This document shows, piece after piece, positions 53,986 through 64,000 of a stretch of DNA of 64,000 nt. The stretch lies in contig NW_025764959.1 of the NCBI RefSeq assembly GCF_003918875.1, positions 1-64,000 on the forward strand, in the 5' to 3' direction. This DNA is from Haliotis rubra. Lineage: Eukaryota. A model generated the notes under the pieces. It saw only the letters and a list, made by a program, of their open reading frames with translations. It did no database searches and had not been told where the DNA came from. The translations under genes and the position numbers were made by a program. Position 1 is the stretch's first letter; the number at the start of each line of letters is the position of its first letter.

Positions 53986-54843
53986 AGTAGGGTAATATAT
54001 AGAGAATACTACACGAGGTCTCATTACATACGAATTATACGAAACGAGTGTCCTTCCTATGGTATCCAATCTCAGAAGGATAATAGTTCTGGTGGTTGCT
54101 CTCTGCCCTATCAGATAACATAGGAAGGTCACGAGTTTCGTATAATTCGTATGTAATGAGACCTCGTGCGGTATTTTATTTATTACCCACGTCTTACATG
54201 CATTAAATTGACAAAATAGCGTATTTTTGTTAATAATATTTTGGTTTCAAACCGAAACCGGTTTCATAAAGAGGTTGCGGAAGAGTTTTGTACTGTAGTA
54301 CAATATTTGCATGACGTCACTGTAATGACGTCACCTCCTTGGTAACCGACGTCACGATGCATGTCAACGTATGGGTAGTTGCATACTAATCTCGTACGTC
54401 ACACGAGTGTCGTATCGCGTTGACCTGTGTCGTAACGACTTGACCTGAGATTCTAACGAGTTGATTGGATTATACGATGACCTCTCAATTAGGTCACGTT
54501 GTGACGGAACTACTTTTTCATTAATAACAAACACGCGAATTGATTCATTCTACAACTTACTAGTATATGCATTGTCGGAATGTAAACATTGCGAACGTTG
54601 CCGTATCGCTGTTTAATTGTGAGTCGAACTGAGACATTATATCCGTCGAAAAACATAAACGCAATGTTTCCACCAGTGATGTTAGCCGAAAGAAGCAACT
54701 GGAAACCAAGAAACGGGGTGCTACGGAGTAGTTTACTGTAGGAGGCTGTACGAGGCGATGACAACTGACATGCATCGTGACGTCGATTACCAAGGCAGTG
54801 ACGTCATTACAGTGTGACGTCATGCAAATATTATAGTAGGGTA
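53986..54843. mobile_element. Non-autonomous fold-back DNA element containing two long inverted-repeat pairs
   Basis: IR1 arms ~53990-54065 and ~54113-54188; IR2 arms 54302-54366 and 54766-54832; bounded by direct repeat AGTAGGGTA (53986, 54835). Confidence 0.65.
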
Positions 54844-55162
54844 TGTTAATTTTCCATTTGTAAACCACTGCTTTAGGGTACATGTACATGGCACCAGGTG
54901 AATGTAAGTGTGTGTGTACTATTTACCGGTGGCAGCAAATGAGTGAAGCACCAGTGGGTGCTGTTGACAGCAGTGCGTGACAGAAGTTACCCACCTTTGT
55001 AAACAGTATTAACGTAAACATGTCTGAAGCGATGATGGTGAATTCATTTTTTTGCAGTTGCAAACCGGTGTATTAGGATTTCTAATTTATTAACACACTG
55101 ACCAATGGAATTTTAAGTAGTTTACAAATTATGTGATTTAAAAATTAACTGCTTGTTTGAGG

Positions 55163-55645
55163 ATCAGACAATCCAGTGACTGACATGCAATTTATTCCTC
55201 TGGACTAGAATACAATAGTGATATAACAAGCAAGATACTAGTGGTGAGTGGGTGAGTTGGGTTTTACACCACTTTTAATAATATTCCAGCAATATGCAGT
55301 AGGGACACCAGAAATGGCCTTGCGACAACCATGTGGTATTGAACCAACTGACGAGCGAGGCAGCTTTTATACTAGGCTACCCCACGCAGCGAAGCCTTTA
55401 ACCTCATCACCCAGTTAAGTTATTGTGAATTTTGATATTAATAATCAAAATACAATACGCCAAAATGTGAGTCAATGTGGAATCGATTATAAACTTTTGC
55501 TTAAGATGCTGATACTCAAACCAGTCATGGTGTGAGTACTTGAAACTGATTACAAAGAGGAAATGTGTTTGTTCAAACACAAAAATAAAAAATACTGAAA
55601 ATAGTTCAGTCATGGGTGACCAATAAATGGTGGAATAAAAACTTC
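55163..55645 (+). repeat. First, more degraded copy of a ~0.49 kb direct duplication containing a SINE (second copy 56424-56919)
   Basis: Both copies start ATCAGACAATCCAGTGACTGACATGC and end GGAATAAAAACTTC. Confidence 0.9.
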
Positions 55646-55767
55646 CTAAACAGACAATATAAAATAGAAGGTGATATTACTGAATTTGTTCATGAAAACC
55701 TGGACATTATGTCAAAACCTGAGTTAGAATTGTTCTTCAGCAACCCATCCTTGTAGTAAGGGGAAAT

Positions 55768-56024
55768 CTGGCCCCGATTTCTCGAAACAAACTTAAGTCT
55801 GAGTTTCGACTTAAGTTAGAGTTTTAACTTGAATTTGAGAAAATGCATTTCCCAGAATGAACTAAAATCGATATTAAACTCAAACATAGTAGACAATTTG
55901 AGTTTGGTGGATAGTTTTGGCTTTTTTATTTTAAAAAATGCAGTTGAGTTCATCTGTTTCAAATTGTCCAACTCAGTTTGAAATTTGAGTAAAAACTTAA
56001 GTTTGTTTCCAGAAATCGGGCCAG
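55768..56024. mobile_element. 257-bp MITE
   Basis: TIRs CTGGCCCCGATTTCTCGAAACAAACTTAAGT / ACTTAAGTTTGTTTCCAGAAATCGGGCCAG. Confidence 0.85.
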
Positions 56025-56502
56025 ATTGTCTGGGTCGGTATGACCCTATCTAACAGAAGGTACATGTAAATGTAGACAAATGTTCATGATGGCAATCACA
56101 GGATTGTCTGGCCTACACTGGAATATTGCAGCTTAAAGGAACAAACATGATCTTACAAAAAATATATATTTTACAGGTGCCTCTCTATCCTTTGATCCTT
56201 GGGTTATGTTGTGCACTACCCTTAACTACCGTCTTGGTGCAAATATGCACATAAGCATGCATACACATGCACGCACAAACTACAGGATAAGACAAACATA
56301 AGCTATGTTAACAACTCAAGTCTTAAAAGCATCTATGCCATATAAATATCACAATTTCAACTTCAAGAATATGTAGTTGCAGATGTAGCTGAATAAATAC
56401 AAGTAAAACATAACTGTATTTGAATCAGACAATCCAGTGACTGACATGCAATTTATTCCTCTGGACTAGAATACAATGAAATATAACAAGCAAAGTCACT
56501 AG

Positions 56503-56663
56503 TGAGTGAGTGAGTGAGTTGGGTTTTACACCACTTTTAGCAATATTCCAGCAATATCACGGTGGGGGACACCAGAAATGGCCTTCACACATTGTAACCA
56601 TGTGGGTATTCGAACCCGGCTTGACGAGCGAACGCTTTAACCACTAGGCTACCCCACCGCCCC
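56503..56663 (-). mobile_element. tRNA-derived SINE (family A)
   Basis: Minus strand reads GGGGCGGTGGGGTAGCCTAGTGG (A box), GGTTCGAAT (B box) and an (ACTC)n tail; homologous to 63200-63362, 63648-63805 and a degraded copy at ~55245-55385. Confidence 0.88.
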
Positions 56664-58462
56664 AGCAAGTAACTAAGCCTCATCACCCAGTTAAGTTATT
56701 ATTAATTTTGATAATAATCAAAATACAATACTGTAAAATGTAGCAGGTCAATGTAAAATCTGATTATAAACTTTTGCTTAAAGATGCTGATACCTCAAAC
56801 CAGTCATGGTGTGAGTATAAAACTGATTACAAAAGGAAATGTGTTTGTTCAAACACTAATAAAAAATACTGAAAATAATTAGTCATGGGTAGGCCAATAA
56901 ATAGTGGAATAAAAACTTCACACTACTCTAAAAATGTAAAGGAAAACAAATTGCATCATTTGACTGAAGTTAATCTGTCATGGAAATAGATTTGTAGTCA
57001 CATGAAAAAAATGTCCTTTTGAGAAGTATATCTTACCTACCCCAACTGAAAACACAAACACCTAGTCCAGCACTGGTCCTGAATTGTAGTTATCTCACAT
57101 GAAATATCCAATTATTCAACAAACACATTAAAAAAACATAAAATACTTCTGTAAATTGACTTATTATCCCTCTAGCACCTCTGCAACAATACTGTTGGCC
57201 AACATGATGCACAATCTGTCAAAGACTAAAATTCAAAAGATGACCTAAAAGTAAAAATATTTTCAAAAACATACTTGATAACGCTACAAATCATGACTGG
57301 TGTAGAATGATCCAAGATTCCAAGTCAAATGTATTCATGGTTGTGCTTCCTATTAAACAGGCAGAGAATGAGGGATTTAGGATTTACATACTTTTACAAT
57401 GTACAAATACATTTATTCTTAAACAGAAATGACAGAATGTACTTACATAGACAGAAAAATCCAACTGTCAATATTTCTAAGAAAGTCCAGTTCTATAGGA
57501 AACTTAACACGCCTGACACATCATCAACTTACACTTAATCACAGCAAATACAGAACTTGCAGTCTAATCTAGAAAATCTGTAAACCTAGAAATGTGAATG
57601 ATCTCGTGATTCCTGACAATGTCTTGCACTGATGTATAAAACTTGAGCATTGTGACCGTCAAGTCAATGTCAGCAATCAGTCTGATGGTGAATGAAGATG
57701 GCGTAGATATTGACAAGTTCAAATATAAATTAACAACAATGTCGAACTACATTACTGAACATTTACACAAACAAACAACAATATAACAATCACTCGATAA
57801 CCACTAGTTCGTATTCATCCTGTGATGTTTACACAGGCAAACATGCATCCATTATCAATGTGTCCTCCCTTGCTTACCTCCCCGAGTTACCTCCCTTACC
57901 TTGAAAATGGCAGAAACAGAACTATCACAGGAAGTTAAAAAGTACATAAGTGCCACACATGAAATATTCTCTAACAACATTTTTTCACTTGTTCATGAAC
58001 TGCAACTTCAGAAGACACAAAGTTGTACACTGACCATAAAGATTTACTCATATCCAGAAAACCTAGGTGGAAATATATCAATGCTTCAAACAGAGCAGCT
58101 CTTCTGCACTTCAAGACACGGAATTATTTCTTTGAAAGGAGGCAAACAAATTTTATTCCAAAGACGTTATATTTGTACATCAAACAAGTCTAATGAATTT
58201 TGCGTAATATTTTTTTTCATTTTCTTTAGAGTCAAATATTTAAAAATGTTTATGTTGTAACATTTGAGGTATTGAGGAAGCATTTTCAATAAATGAAAAT
58301 TTATAGCACTGTCATTATAGTACATCAGAAATTATCATGGTACATCACAAATATGCCCACATACCATATTACAAACTCCACAGACAATATTTAGGCAACA
58401 TGTACTGGAAGAATAACCCTGATCTCAGATGTCAGTGTTTCACTTGGGTTCTTTAGAAGTGA

Positions 58463-58939
58463 CATCCTCGATAATCTCCAGGGTATACATTACGATAAAT
58501 CTCTCCTACACTGGATACATCTACCGCTCGGCCTGATGATTTCATTAGCTCCCTTGGCTAACTTTTTATCCAATCAGGTGTCTACGCTCGGAAGTTGAGC
58601 GTACCAATCACAACTTGCTTTCGCTTCTTAATTTATCTGATTAAACTTGGCAACACAATTGATGCAGAGGTACTCTGAAAGAGGTAGGAGTTCTTGCATA
58701 TATTTTTTCTAAAGTTTCAGACCTGTCAATTTATCTGTATGATTTCCCCCCAAATCTGAGACGTGCTGCGAATAAACCTTCGCGGCTGCAACCACTATCT
58801 TTGTTGACACTGGCAAGCTCGGTTGTAACGGCGGCTTAGCTGATTGGCTACTGGCTAAAATTATCGGGCAGAGTAATAGATGCATCCAGGGTATAGTGGA
58901 GATTTATTGTAATGTATACCATGGAGATTATCAAGGATG
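58463..58939. mobile_element. MITE with ~60-bp TIRs and a 9-bp TSD (Mutator-like by TSD length)
   Basis: CATCCTCGATAATCTCCAGGGTATACATTAC... / ...GTAATGTATACCATGGAGATTATCAAGGATG; TAGAAGTGA at 58454-58462 and 58940-58948. Confidence 0.85.
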
Positions 58940-59341
58940 TAGAAGTGATAGTCAAGGACTTTTGGATATCAGCTTCACCTGAATTCAACTGAAGATGGTG
59001 TAAGAAGAAACTCTGAAACACGTTTAAAGAAGTAGCTATCAAAAGATCTTAGTCTGTAACCTCAACACAACAATGTTACAATATGATTATGTATGTATTC
59101 TTTATCAGCATTATAAGGCAGAGCATCAGTATTCACTTGTTTGTTTCAGTGACAAATAACTTAACACACATACAAAATCTGACTCACGTAACATGCCTTT
59201 GGCTTTAGTCCACACAAATGATAATAATCTAAATGTTAAGGATTAACTTTGCTATAAATGACAAAAAAAGTTTATTCTGGCAGATAGAATATCACCGCAG
59301 CTAAAAACAACATACACATCAAGTGCAATAACTGCTAACAA

Positions 59342-59852
59342 TAGGGGTGGGTGATAACACCGGCTAACCGGTATATTGCAATTCAAACCTCACAATACGA
59401 TATAGTGTGGTACACTCTTCGCGAACTGGTTCACCCAATACCATCGGCAATTTTCGTGATGTAGTAAAAAATGCTAAAAATATTTGTATTTCCTTCATAT
59501 CATTATACATTAGTAGTTTTGATAAGTTTATTGGTCATATAATTGCATTTGTATGACTCTTAAACCATATGAATAAAAAAAAATAGAATTGGTACCGGCA
59601 CTCGTTGTAGGGATAAACAAAACAAAATGGCGGACACCGCTGCATACGCTTTTTCTCCAGTTCCAACTTTAAAGCAAAGTCTTCAATTTGGAAACATTTT
59701 CAAACTGATCTCTTGTACAATCACATCTGAGTCCTGACAGTGGCCAGTGGCATTGTTTCAAAAGAAAGGAAACAGTAATTCATTACCTTAAACCATGTGT
59801 TACACTTTCACAATATATCGCAATGTGAACATTTTGGCAATACCCAAGTCTA
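59342..59852. mobile_element. Degenerate hAT-like non-autonomous element
   Basis: Ends TAGGGGTGGGT / ACCCAAGTCTA; flanking 8-mers GCTAACAA and GTTAACAA (one mismatch). Confidence 0.5.
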
Positions 59853-59976
59853 GTTAACAACGACTAAATCCTGGTTCACTGAAATATTCTGGTACAGACA
59901 ACACTGGTCTCATGACTGAATCAGCGAAGTTTCACAACAAACAATGACTGGTACAATATTGTATTTATCACACAGC

Positions 59977-62900
59977 TCAGAAGAGGCAGGCTGTGACCTT
60001 GCACATGCAGCAGAGCGCCATCAATAAGAAGATGCCGATGACTGCCACTAGGGCGAGGCCAGTCAGGTTCATCATGTCGGTCATGGGCGTCTTCCTTACC
60101 AACTGCTCTGCACCGCTATACTTGTGGGGACCTTGCTGCCGCCACTGGGAAGCCCCGCAGGAACTGAACAACAACCTACACAGACGAGGAAACGTTGTTA
60201 CCATGGTTACAAGAAATAACTAATTCTCAACTAATTCTCTCTTTCACTCTCTACCTATATTCAACCATCATTCTCAGGTAACCACTTTATAACTTTAAAC
60301 AACACTCACTCACTCACTCACTCAACCACCACTTTCACGTACTTATGATCACTCACTCATGTAACCCCAGCTGTCACTCACTCATGCAACCATCACTCTC
60401 ACCCACCTCACTCACTCACCCACCACTTTTACATACTTATAATCACTCACTCACTCAAGTAACCCTCTTCTCACTCACTCAACCACCTCACTCACTCAGC
60501 CACCACTTTCACTTATTTATGATCACTCACTCATGTAACCCCAGCTCTCACTCACTCACTCACTCATGCAACCATCACTCTCACTCACTCAGCCACCACT
60601 TTCACTTATATGATCACTCACTCACTCAACCACCTCACTCACTCAGCCACTTTCACTCACTCAAGATCACTCACTCACATAACCCCTCCTCTCAGTCACT
60701 CACTCATGCAACCATCACTCACTCACTCACTCACCTCCATGCCAACAGGGGGTGCTTCCACAGCTCTGGCTTGGCACCGAAGAAGGAGGCAATCTCATCG
60801 TTGTAGGTGATAGGGTCCTTCTGGATGGTGTGTCGAGCTGTCTTGTACCACCTCTCGGCATACACCCTCTGAAACAAAGACCACGATTGACAATATACCA
60901 CATCCAATATACCACAAAATGTCAGCTTGCTCACATTTCTGCTGACACATCAAAATTGATAATCAAGGCTGTGGGGGGGGCATGGTGGGCGAGCTGGCTA
61001 AAGCGCCAGGATAGTGATCCAGCGAGCATGAGGTGATGGGATCGAGCCCACCTGTGAACGGGATTAAAAACCTTGGAGTCAACTTTGTGTGCAGACTCTT
61101 TCAGTGTTGTCACAACCCCTAGTGTACTGTACACAACCCTGTGCACTTAAAAGAACCCACGAATCCATTGGTATATGACTAGATTGTGGCCACATGAATA
61201 TGTTTTGGTGAAAGTCATTTGTGTTTACTGTGAAATAAACAAGAAAATGGGTGAGTTACTGCTACAAATTCTAAGCAGGGATTTTGGCTCGGAATCGAGA
61301 AATCACGATTTTTCGAGCTTCCGAAGATACTAGCTCCCAAAGTACTGCTTCGATTTTTGTGTTGTAAGTCTCAATTTGTAGGTAAATCTATTGGCTTGAA
61401 ATGTGTGCAACTTTAAATGGGATAAATACAGTGAGTATTGTTGAATTTGCCCTGAAACGAACCTGGTGTGTTGACCTCGTTACATCCCTTTCCTTTTATG
61501 TAGTACTAAGACCCCGTCAGTGACAGTATATACCTTGATGGCAGTTTTAGCGTTACAAGCCCCTGTGATCAGGTGAACATATTCATGTTCGTCCAATTTC
61601 TAAATGCCTTACAAAAACTCCATAAAAAAGGTTTTAAATCTCTTTGTCTTGTTCCATCTGGAGGCTTTGACAGCAATACTATCTCCCTACAACTAATCAT
61701 AAGTATTTTTGAATCTCTTTCCCTGTCTTGTGTCATGTCGAGGCTTTTAAGCAAGAGACTTTTTCGAATCTCTTTCCCTTTTTGTATCATCTCAAGGCTT
61801 TTTACAGCAATGCTATCTCCCTACAACTAATCACAAGAATTTTTCGAATCTCTTTCTCTGTCTTGTATCATCTCGAGGCTTTGACAGCAGTGCTACCTCA
61901 ATACAACTTATCACAAGAATGTTCCAAACCTTTTCTCTGTTGATGTCTTGCTCCATCTCGAAGTTGGAAGGCAGTTTGACCCGCCCCTTGATCAACTCTG
62001 AGAACCAGCGAGCCTGTGTCTCAGACATTGTCAGCACGCCACCAGAAGCCGGCTGTACGAAGCCAATGAAAGCCAGAGACTTGCCGATGTCAGGGCTGAA
62101 CACGTTCTTGTACAACTGGAATGCACAAAAATATGGTACACAAAGGAATGGACAAGATTTGGCTAAAACAAATTGTAATCAAACTGATGTATTTACTTTT
62201 GTATTGTAGGTTATTATATCAGCGATTCATGTATTGCAATACATACCACAATATTAGTGTATTCATTCTTTCAACTGGAATTTGTTATAAATCTGAACTG
62301 AAAATTATTTCTGTTTTTCTAATGAGTCATCGCAGCTCCCATCTTTACCCTGAAACTGATGCATTCAGTTCACCTTCATTTCGTTGCTGTTGTCGACAAG
62401 GACCTTGTCCTTCACACTGTCAGGGAGATAGGGAAGGTCGATGCTGTATCCTGTACAGTACAGGATCTTGTCAAACTCGGCAGACTCCCCGTTCACAAAA
62501 TAAACTTTCTCACCTTCAATTCTCTGAAATTTGAGATCAGAAAGATGAATGGTGGACAGTTTGACATCCACACGGTGATAAAACTGATTTGGTTGGTTGG
62601 TTTGTTGTCTACCACCGCATTCAGCAATATTCCAGTTATATGGCGGTGGTTTGTAAATAATTAAGTCTGGACCAGACAATCCAGTGATCAACATCACGAG
62701 CATCGACCACCGCAATTGGGAACAAATGTCATGTGTCAACCAAGTCAGTGAGCCTGACCACCCGGATCCTGTTTGTCACCTCTTACGACAAGCATGGGTT
62801 AATGAGGACCAATTGTAACCTGGATCTTCACGGGTGATAAAACTGATTTAAAAGTTACCTCCTGTGCAACTGAATTTTCCTGTTCAACCACTACAACCCG

Positions 62901-63995
62901 AGCTACACAGTAACAACAAGTTGTGCCCTACCAGTATATTCGGAACCACAGTGATTTCCTTCCGCTGTATGTGATGTATCAGGGTGGGGCTCACTGTTGG
63001 CTGGGTCTGCAAAGCTCTCATCTTCGGGTTCAGGTTCCATCTTGAATACACACATTCAAAATATGATAGATAGAATTATTCCTCACAACTTTACAAGTCA
63101 TGTAGTCAGTTTTCAGTGATGGCCAAGTCTGTTCTCAAAACAATGTCTTATTGCCAGGGTTGCTATTATGTCTTTCTTTCACATTGTCTGTTTGAATGAC
63201 TGACTGAGTTTGGTTTTACGCCGCTTTTAGCAATATTCCAGCAACATCACGGCGGGGGACACCAGAAATGGGCTTCACACATTGTGCCCATGTGGGGATT
63301 CGAACCCGGGTCTTCGGCGTGACGAGCCAACGCTTTAACCATTAGGCTACCCCACCACCCCCTGTTTGAATGAGGCTTGATTAAGTGTCTGTTGAAGATT
63401 ATTTCATATACATGCTGTGATGTAAGCAGTGTTGAACCCTTCCGTCTCTTAACTCCTGCAGATCAAGGAAATACTTGACTTGTGTTAGACACATCTAACT
63501 CAGATATACCACATGGCAATATAATTTATATTATGAGAAACTAAAATAGAAGCATTTGTCAAATTTATCTCTGACACCTTACTACATCCAGTAAGATTAA
63601 AAAAATGACATAGAAATTAACACCGACTTTACATGTTTTATCAAAAGTGAGTGAGTTTGATTTTACGCCGCTTTAGCAATATTCCAGCAACATCACGGCG
63701 GGGACACCGAAATGGACTTCACACATTTTACCCATGTGGGGAATCGAACACGGGCCTTCGGCGTGACGAGCGAACGCTTTACCCACTAGGCTTCCCCACC
63801 ACCCCTGTTTTATCAAGAGCTTACCTCCTTGGGTTGCCAGAAACAAGCTTAATAACTGACTCCAGAATCGTGTTTGCCCATCTCCATGGCAACAAGAAAA
63901 AAGCTCTGCAGGCATAAAGATCTGTGGCATATCCGAAGATGTAGTTAGGGATGACCCAGCAGCCGGAGCGGGTGCTGACGTACACAGACTTACAC
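59977..63995 (-). CDS. Flavin-containing monooxygenase (FMO, dimethylaniline monooxygenase-like), last six exons: 63995-63825, 63040-62932, 62523-62374, 62115-61930, 60868-60735, 60175-59977; 5' part lies beyond the window
   Basis: All junctions are GT-AG and phase-consistent. Spliced protein contains VYVSTRSGCWVIP, QPTVS, ILYCTGY (FATGY-type motif), LYKNVF, LAFIGFVQP, SETQARW, RHTIQ, QWRQQGPHKYSGA and a C-terminal hydrophobic anchor, as in animal FMOs. Confidence 0.93.
60302..60734. repeat. (ACTC)n-based microsatellite/minisatellite in an FMO intron
   Basis: Degenerate ACTC runs with recurring CCACCACTTTCAC...ATGATCACTCACTC. Confidence 0.9.
60973..61200 (+). mobile_element. tRNA-derived SINE (family B, central domain resembling Deu/Nin SINEs)
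   Basis: G-rich 5' end, GGCGAGCTGG A-box-like, GGATCGAGCCC B-box-like, then GTCAACTTTGTGTGCAGACTC...GCACTTAAAAGAACCC. Family assignment is from recall only. Confidence 0.55.
61630..61960. repeat. Degenerate ~56-79 bp tandem repeat overlapping an FMO exon end
   Basis: AATCTCTTT...TCTTGT.TCAT.TCGAGGCTTT...CAGCAAT.CTATCTCCCTACAACTAATCA recurs at ~61637, 61712, 61768, 61847. Confidence 0.8.
62589..62835 (-). mobile_element. Interspersed SINE-like repeat with the same 3' region as family A
   Basis: (TTGG)n tail next to ACCGCATTCAGCAATATTCCAG, as in family A. Its CAGACAATCCAGTGA motif also occurs at 55165 and 56426. Confidence 0.6.
63200..63362 (-). mobile_element. tRNA-derived SINE (family A) with TSD
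   Basis: A and B boxes on the minus strand; TSD TGTTTGAATGA at 63189 and 63363. Confidence 0.92.
63648..63805 (-). mobile_element. tRNA-derived SINE (family A) with TSD
   Basis: TSD TGTTTTATCAA(A/G)AG at 63634 and 63806; the element lies ~19 bp from an FMO splice donor. Confidence 0.9.
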
Positions 63996-64000
63996 CTGCA

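Noticed and set aside
59977-59995. CaaX prenylation motif at the FMO C-terminus
   Set aside because: The protein ends ACLF, so the Cys is third from the end rather than fourth.
60345-60810. His/Ser/Thr/Leu-rich ORFs
   Set aside because: They are translations of the (ACTC)n repeat, antisense to an FMO intron.
63200-63362. tRNA gene
   Set aside because: The A and B boxes are followed by a non-tRNA body, a simple-repeat tail and a TSD, and there are several copies, so it is a SINE.

Overview
Animal genomic DNA, most likely a mollusc (the SINEs and (GAGT)n repeats suggest abalone, Haliotis; this is inference). The main structure is a ~45 kb head-to-tail array (~8139-53528) of a ~2.39 kb unit. 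Each unit carries a compact two-exon Pol II gene that the ORF track only partly shows: CCAAT boxes, TATA at -31, Inr, an 82-nt coding exon 1, a ~135-nt GT-AG intron, exon 2 and AATAAA. It encodes an unrecognised 158-aa protein with a helical N-terminus and an acidic tail. There are 18 copies: 10 intact, 7 with indels mostly in homopolymers, and 1 truncated. Three units are ~1.07 kb deletion variants. One unit carries a full-length 6.7 kb RNase H-containing I-group LINE inserted at its predicted transcription start with a 13-14 bp TSD, and another carries a 119-bp MITE. Bases 1-~8138 are a degraded, compressed reverse-complement copy of ~8140-21075, probably a long-read fold-back artefact or a giant palindrome. 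Right of the array lie MITEs, fold-back elements, SINEs and the last six exons of a minus-strand flavin-containing monooxygenase gene.
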